Assembly (NCBI GenBank): GCA_038279365.1
Contig: JAYODI010000026.1
Span: forward strand, 1 to 62,741
Reading direction: 5' to 3'
Length of the DNA stretch: 62,741 nt
From: Candidatus Latescibacterota bacterium
Lineage (GTDB): Bacteria > Latescibacterota > UBA2968
The notes under the pieces were generated by a model, which saw nothing but the letters and a program-made list of their open reading frames with translations, had not been told where the DNA came from and did not search any database. The translations under genes and the position numbers were made by a program. This document shows, piece by piece, positions 57,977 through 62,741 of this stretch. Each line of letters begins with the position of its first letter. Within the stretch, counting starts at the first letter, position 1.

Positions 57977-58786
57977 TTAATCTCCGGTTTGAGGAGGGTG
58001 ATCAAGGGGGGCAACATGTCTGTGATGTTTGCGTATTCGAATCAGATCGATGGTGTTTCTTACAATACTTTCTATGATTTTGGTACGGGTGTCATGGTCG
58101 CTGGACCATTTAACGGGAATTTCTTTGACCTGAAAGCCCAATCGATGGGCCAAATAGAGTACTTCTGCATCAAACATAAAACGTTCGATGATTTGTCTTG
58201 AGAAGATTTCGTGTGCTGCCCGATGCGTGTAAAACTTAAAACCACATTGGGTGTCTTTATAATGGCCCAATATGGGAAGCAATGTGTGGATATATTTGTT
58301 AAAGAGCAAAGACCCAATGCGTCGGTAGAGCTTGGGTTTATGGGCTATTTCTGTGCCAGCCATTTTGCGAGAACCGATCACGATTGGGATGCCTGAATCC
58401 AAGTGCTTGAGGGCATCTGAAGTGCAGGTGATGTCGGTTTTATAATCGGCATCCATAAACCCGATATAATGGCCTGTCGCTTGTAAGACACCTACTTTGA
58501 GGGCATGCCCTTTTCCCTTATTGGGTAATACCCGCACGACACGAATATTTTTGTGTTTGTTTGCAAACAATTCGGCCAAGTCGGCAGTGTGATCGTTGCT
58601 GCCATCATCAACAACAACAAGCTCCCAATTATAAGGTTGGGATGTGAGGTAAGATACTGTTTTTTCGAGGGTAAAATTTATTCGGCGTGCTTCGTTGTAG
58701 GCGGGGATCACCAAGGAAAGATAGGGTGACGATCCTTGAGGTGGAGGCGGTTCTACATGGTGTTCTTCTGCCTCCTCGCGTCCCAT
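57977..58786 (-). CDS. GT2 polyprenyl-phosphate glycosyltransferase (Dol-P-Glc synthase-like)
   Basis: VIPAYNE, VDDGS.D, GKG, DAD, DTQCGFK, FD.EVL. Confidence 0.9.
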   Translation of the reverse strand: MGREEAEEHHVEPPPPQGSSPYLSLVIPAYNEARRINFTLEKTVSYLTSQPYNWELVVVDDGSNDHTADLAELFANKHKNIRVVRVLPNKGKGHALKVGVLQATGHYIGFMDADYKTDITCTSDALKHLDSGIPIVIGSRKMAGTEIAHKPKLYRRIGSLLFNKYIHTLLPILGHYKDTQCGFKFYTHRAAHEIFSRQIIERFMFDAEVLYLAHRLGFQVKEIPVKWSSDHDTRTKIIESIVRNTIDLIRIRKHHRHVAPLDHPPQTGD

Positions 58787-59044
58787 ATGTCACATCTTTC
58801 CTTTTATGGTAATTATAAGAACATATAAATTTTGAAGATAAAAATATAAGATTTATGAAACTGTGTCAATAGAAAAACTGGTGGAAAAAATGCCTAAAAA
58901 GATAGAAATGCAAGCCAGATTTAGGTGTATGAATTGCTAAATTTGTGATGACCTAAAAAGTAGAATGCTTAAAAAAGCTTGTATGAACACCCTGTAGATC
59001 TTATCTTTACCCAATGCAAACGCTTATCGAAAGGCACTCTTATA

Positions 59045-59923
59045 ATGAATTGGTTTAATAAGCTCAAGACAGGGATTCAAACGCTTGTACGGCGACGCAT
59101 GCCCGATAATCTTTGGATTAAATGCGAGCGTTGTCATCAAACGGTTTATCGCAAGCAGTTGGAACAAAATTTTGGTGTTTGTAATCATTGTGGGCATCAT
59201 TTCCGAATCCCTTGCCATGATTACTTAAATGTGATTTTGGATGAAGACTCATTTAAGGAAGTTGCCGCCGATGTGATTGGGGCAGATGCTTTAAATTTTG
59301 TTGATCGTGTCGCGTATAAAGATCGTCTCAAAGACTATCGCAAGCGCACAGGTTTGGGCGCGGCAGTTGTTACAGGCATTGGGCGCATCAATGGCATGGC
59401 GGTGGGGGTGGGGATTCACGAAATGGCATTTATTGGGGGGTCTTTGGGGTCTGCCGAAGGTGAGCGCATTTGTCAGCTCATAGATCGGTGCATCAATGAT
59501 CGTTTGCCCCTTATTTTGATTTGTCGTTCGGGCGGGGCCCGTATGCAAGAGAGTATTTTGTCGTTGATGCAAATGGCCAAAGTAAATGCCAAACTTTCAC
59601 AATTTGCCGATGCAGGATTGCTCTACATTGCCGTTTTGATCGACCCAACCACCGCAGGTGTATCTGCCAGTTATGCTTCCGTGGGCGATATTACCATTGC
59701 CGAACCCCATGCACTTATTGGTTTTACGGGAGAGCGCATTACGGGCAGTTCGGTAGGGGCCGAAGAGATGGAAGCATTGCGACAGGCACAACGTGCCGAA
59801 ATGGTTTTGGAACATGGTTTTGTCGATATGATCGTACCGCGTGAAGACATGAAAGAGACTTTGGGCCAAGTGCTTCATATGTTATGTGGCAAGCCCAAGT
59901 TACTCGTGGAGCATCAAGAGTAG
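59045..59923 (+). CDS. accD: acetyl-CoA carboxylase carboxyltransferase beta subunit
   Basis: LWIKC..C...C..C zinc finger, GGSLG..EGE, SGGARMQE, AEP.ALIGF.G. Confidence 0.95.
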   Translation: MNWFNKLKTGIQTLVRRRMPDNLWIKCERCHQTVYRKQLEQNFGVCNHCGHHFRIPCHDYLNVILDEDSFKEVAADVIGADALNFVDRVAYKDRLKDYRKRTGLGAAVVTGIGRINGMAVGVGIHEMAFIGGSLGSAEGERICQLIDRCINDRLPLILICRSGGARMQESILSLMQMAKVNAKLSQFADAGLLYIAVLIDPTTAGVSASYASVGDITIAEPHALIGFTGERITGSSVGAEEMEALRQAQRAEMVLEHGFVDMIVPREDMKETLGQVLHMLCGKPKLLVEHQE

Positions 59924-59971
59924 ATGAACTGGCGGAAGGCTTTGTTTTTTTGACCCCTTTGGAGTTTGATG

Positions 59972-60406
59972 ATGAAGATCCTTGTTCTACAAGGCCCCAA
60001 TATCAATATGTTGGGCAGGCGTAAGACAGAACATTATGGCACCATGACAATGGATGAAATCCACAATCGCATGGCAGAAAAAGCCAAAGCTTTGGATTGT
60101 GAACTTATTTTTTTTCAGTCTAATTACGAAGGTGCGTTGGTCGATAAGGTTCAAGAAACACGAGATGGGATCGATGGTATTATCTTGAATCCCGCTGGGT
60201 TGACGACCACAAGTGTTTCTTTGCGCGATGCGATTGAAGACAGCCATTTGCCACTAGTAGAGGTTCATTTGTCCAATATTCACGCCCGTGAAGAATGGCG
60301 CAGACATTCTATGTTTTCCGAAATTGCAGTGGGTATTGTTGCAGGTTTTCGATGGCGAGGATATGTGGCCGCATTGGAGATGTTGATGGGCGGGTTGAGA
60401 GATTAA
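59972..60406 (+). CDS. aroQ: type II 3-dehydroquinate dehydratase
   Basis: GPNINMLGRR...YG, QSNYEG, NPAG, EVHLSNIHARE. Confidence 0.95.
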   Translation: MKILVLQGPNINMLGRRKTEHYGTMTMDEIHNRMAEKAKALDCELIFFQSNYEGALVDKVQETRDGIDGIILNPAGLTTTSVSLRDAIEDSHLPLVEVHLSNIHAREEWRRHSMFSEIAVGIVAGFRWRGYVAALEMLMGGLRD

Positions 60407-60431
60407 ATTTTCTCATATATGGTTGATGAAT

Positions 60432-60468
60432 AAGGGTGGAAATGCAATGCATTTCCACCCTTTTTTTT
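60432..60468 (+). terminator. intrinsic terminator
   Basis: aagggtggaaatgc/gcatttccaccctt followed by a T tract. Confidence 0.8.
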
Positions 60469-60756
60469 GAATCGACGACGCGGATACTGAATGGTGCTTA
60501 TTCAACAGATTGCTATGTATTGAGTATTTATCGTTTCAGCGCGTGGAGTAATTGGGCTACAACAAAGAGGCAGGCAGGTGGGGAATTGAACATAAATATA
60601 GTTTGAAGGAGCAAGTGACAGGGCTCTATTTGGACAGAATCGAAGAAATGGGTGTTGTTTACTGATTAATTTGCTTCGAGAGGTTAAAAATGATGATATG
60701 AGACTTGTGTGTCACAGTTCATGGTGGATTTTGCAAATGGGATCTGTCGATGTGTT

Positions 60757-61890
60757 TTAGGACGTTTTCTGTGACGTCCGTTTGGGTTTCAGGCGTTTTT
60801 GGAAATCATCTACGGTCATGTGGGAAGCGATATAGAGAAGTAATTGATGATGTTTTTCTGCATCCATGGTCAAGAAGCGACACTCCATCGTTTCAGCACC
60901 ACTTTTGACCACACGCCCAATTTGGTTGTCTAAAAATGCAGGAAGGTTATCGCTTGCCTTGATGCGCACCAAATCATCCACTTCAACGCGTCCGTCAAAC
61001 GAAAGGCCAAAACCACTGCCACTGATGTAGGTGAGTGAAAGGGCAAGTGTGTCCGGATCGTCGATGCGTTCAAAAATATTGGGCGACAAATTATTGCCAT
61101 GTTGTTGAGTAGATATCCATTCAACAACTGTTTCAAGGTCTTGGTTGCAGATAAATATTTCACGGTTGGTATTGTGAAATAAAGTGTCTCCATGTTTGAT
61201 TAAGAGATAATGTGTGGGGCGTTTTACCTCTTTGAGCAAATGGGTTCGAAAGCGATACTCGCCCCCACCTTCAGACCAAAAGAACCCCCAAATATTGTTT
61301 TTTTTGCCTAATTTAACGGTATTTTTAGCTGTTCTAAAGGGGCGTGTGTAGATGGCCAAATCATTGATGTCAAAAACATCGGCATAGATTAAGCGCACAC
61401 CTTTGGGGGAGGCTGCTAATGAATAAACCTTTTGACCGATATTGAGTTCTCTTGTTGAAATAGGGGGGCGTTCGGCTGGGAGAAAGTGAAAGCCCGATTT
61501 TTTTCGAATGTTTGAGAGGTGCTCAACGTGTTCTTCCATTTCTAACCAAGGTAAACATTCTACCTTTTGCATATACGCAGAAATGGCACGATCAAATGTT
61601 TCTACAGACGATAAGAGCAGGGCGGGATTGTTGAGGCTGACTTCATCGGCAATCTTTTCCACAATGACTTGTTCGGGATATGATAAGCCTTTTTCTGCCG
61701 TTAATTTTTCGAGTTGTACATAACTGCGCGCCCGATTTTGACGTCGTTGTAAGTATAACCGAAGATAGTTGCCCAATAATAAAATGATGGGTAAAAGCAG
61801 AAGGATGAGGGCAATCCACAACATAGTATCAGAGTCTGTTGTGTTGCGTTGGCCAAGCATTTTGAGTACGGGGGAATAGTTGTCATTCAT
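60757..61890 (-). CDS. membrane-anchored protein with a degenerate YcgR/PilZ-like C-terminus
   Basis: N-terminal TM helix; YRFRT; degenerate R...(NRE) and ISGSG motifs. Confidence 0.55.
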   Translation of the reverse strand: MNDNYSPVLKMLGQRNTTDSDTMLWIALILLLLPIILLLGNYLRLYLQRRQNRARSYVQLEKLTAEKGLSYPEQVIVEKIADEVSLNNPALLLSSVETFDRAISAYMQKVECLPWLEMEEHVEHLSNIRKKSGFHFLPAERPPISTRELNIGQKVYSLAASPKGVRLIYADVFDINDLAIYTRPFRTAKNTVKLGKKNNIWGFFWSEGGGEYRFRTHLLKEVKRPTHYLLIKHGDTLFHNTNREIFICNQDLETVVEWISTQQHGNNLSPNIFERIDDPDTLALSLTYISGSGFGLSFDGRVEVDDLVRIKASDNLPAFLDNQIGRVVKSGAETMECRFLTMDAEKHHQLLLYIASHMTVDDFQKRLKPKRTSQKTS

Positions 61891-61967
61891 TGGGGAGTCC
61901 TTTTTATAGACAACTTGAACTTGTTCTACCCAAATTTAAGCAATTAATGTGCCTGTGGCAATGTGGC

Positions 61968-62693
61968 TTAATTTGAGTATAAATGTAGGTAATGAATGGC
62001 TTTGGAAATAACTTGGGGCACCAGGTGTTCAATGGGCTGCTTGGATTGGATATTGTTTCTGACTTGGGTAGACGAAATTTGAGCCATGTTAAGGGGTAAG
62101 GAAATGGTATGTATCCGCTTTGAAAAGGGCTGTACGTCTGATTTTTTTAAAAAAGCATCTAAGACCCGTTGATCGTTATTTTCTCGATTGGCCGCTATAA
62201 AGTGACAGGTCTGAAAAAGTTTTTGTAAGTCTGCTTGCATGTCGGCATAATATTTGGGATCAAATAGGCGTACAAGCGTGTCATACCCAACAATAAAATA
62301 AAATTGTGTATTGGGTGCATAACATGGCGTAAGCGCCATAATCTTGTCTACGAACCGTGCGTGACTGCAAATCGCCACCGATAAATGGTGTTGTTTGGCA
62401 TATTCTGTCAGCATCGCCAACCGTTGCTCTAAGGTGGCACCAAAGAGCTCTTTGTCTACATTGGCAAGTGATAGCATAAGGAGCATGCTGTCTAATTTGA
62501 GTGTCTCTTTGGAGGTCTGAATCAGTGACTCGTGGGCCAATGTGAAAGGATTAAAGGACGCGTCAAGTATGCCTACTTTTAGGGCGTAATCTTGCGTGTT
62601 TTGATGAATCATTTTTGCAGTGGGTGAACCGTGAGGGTTCAGTTGATTTATCAGTGTTTGGTAGTGGTTAAGCGTTTGTTCATCAAATGCCAT
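61968..62693 (-). CDS. nicotinate/nicotinamide-nucleotide adenylyltransferase-like (NadD fold)
   Basis: ASFNPFTLAH, QRLAML, FIVGYDT, ISSTQVR. Confidence 0.8.
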   Translation of the reverse strand: MAFDEQTLNHYQTLINQLNPHGSPTAKMIHQNTQDYALKVGILDASFNPFTLAHESLIQTSKETLKLDSMLLMLSLANVDKELFGATLEQRLAMLTEYAKQHHLSVAICSHARFVDKIMALTPCYAPNTQFYFIVGYDTLVRLFDPKYYADMQADLQKLFQTCHFIAANRENNDQRVLDAFLKKSDVQPFSKRIHTISLPLNMAQISSTQVRNNIQSKQPIEHLVPQVISKAIHYLHLYSN

Positions 62694-62741
62694 GGTTTAG
62701 AAGTCCAATATGAAAAGGCAGATTAAGTTTGTCTTGACTTT

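Noticed and set aside
60470-60750. Possible ncRNA in the long intergenic gap
   Set aside because: No convincing promoter, stem or known motif seen

Overview
A gene-dense bacterial chromosome segment of about 53 CDS, with no rRNA, tRNA, CRISPR array, transposase or phage structural genes that I could recognise. A GWxTD-like domain, an FlgD-Ig 'NFPNPFNPET' tail and a paired 'GDFDGDG..GF.DF..F...FG' EF-hand module suggest an FCB-group organism such as Ca. Latescibacterota (inference). The standout is 40490-44257: an ECF sigma factor followed by a single 1036-aa ORF that is a miniaturised, fused beta+beta' RNA polymerase. It keeps the catalytic DFDGD, both beta-barrel lysines, the sigma2-binding clamp helices and the native beta' C-terminus. 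It appears to lack the flap, the beta' zinc-binding domain and the trigger loop/jaw. It lies outside any rpl/rps cluster or prophage, next to a TraR/DksA-type zinc-finger gene. Other points of interest: (1) an unannotated His-rich leader peptide with attenuator ahead of a PhzF-like/hisI/hisG/prs operon; (2) two similarly built structured-RNA candidates flanking an orphan single-strand-annealing-like gene; (3) an hpnL/M/N-like lipid export cluster built around an NTP-transferase/CDP-alcohol transferase fusion; (4) a BlaI plus giant BlaR1/TonB mosaic whose 3' end is duplicated. All calls are by eye from motifs; no searches were run.
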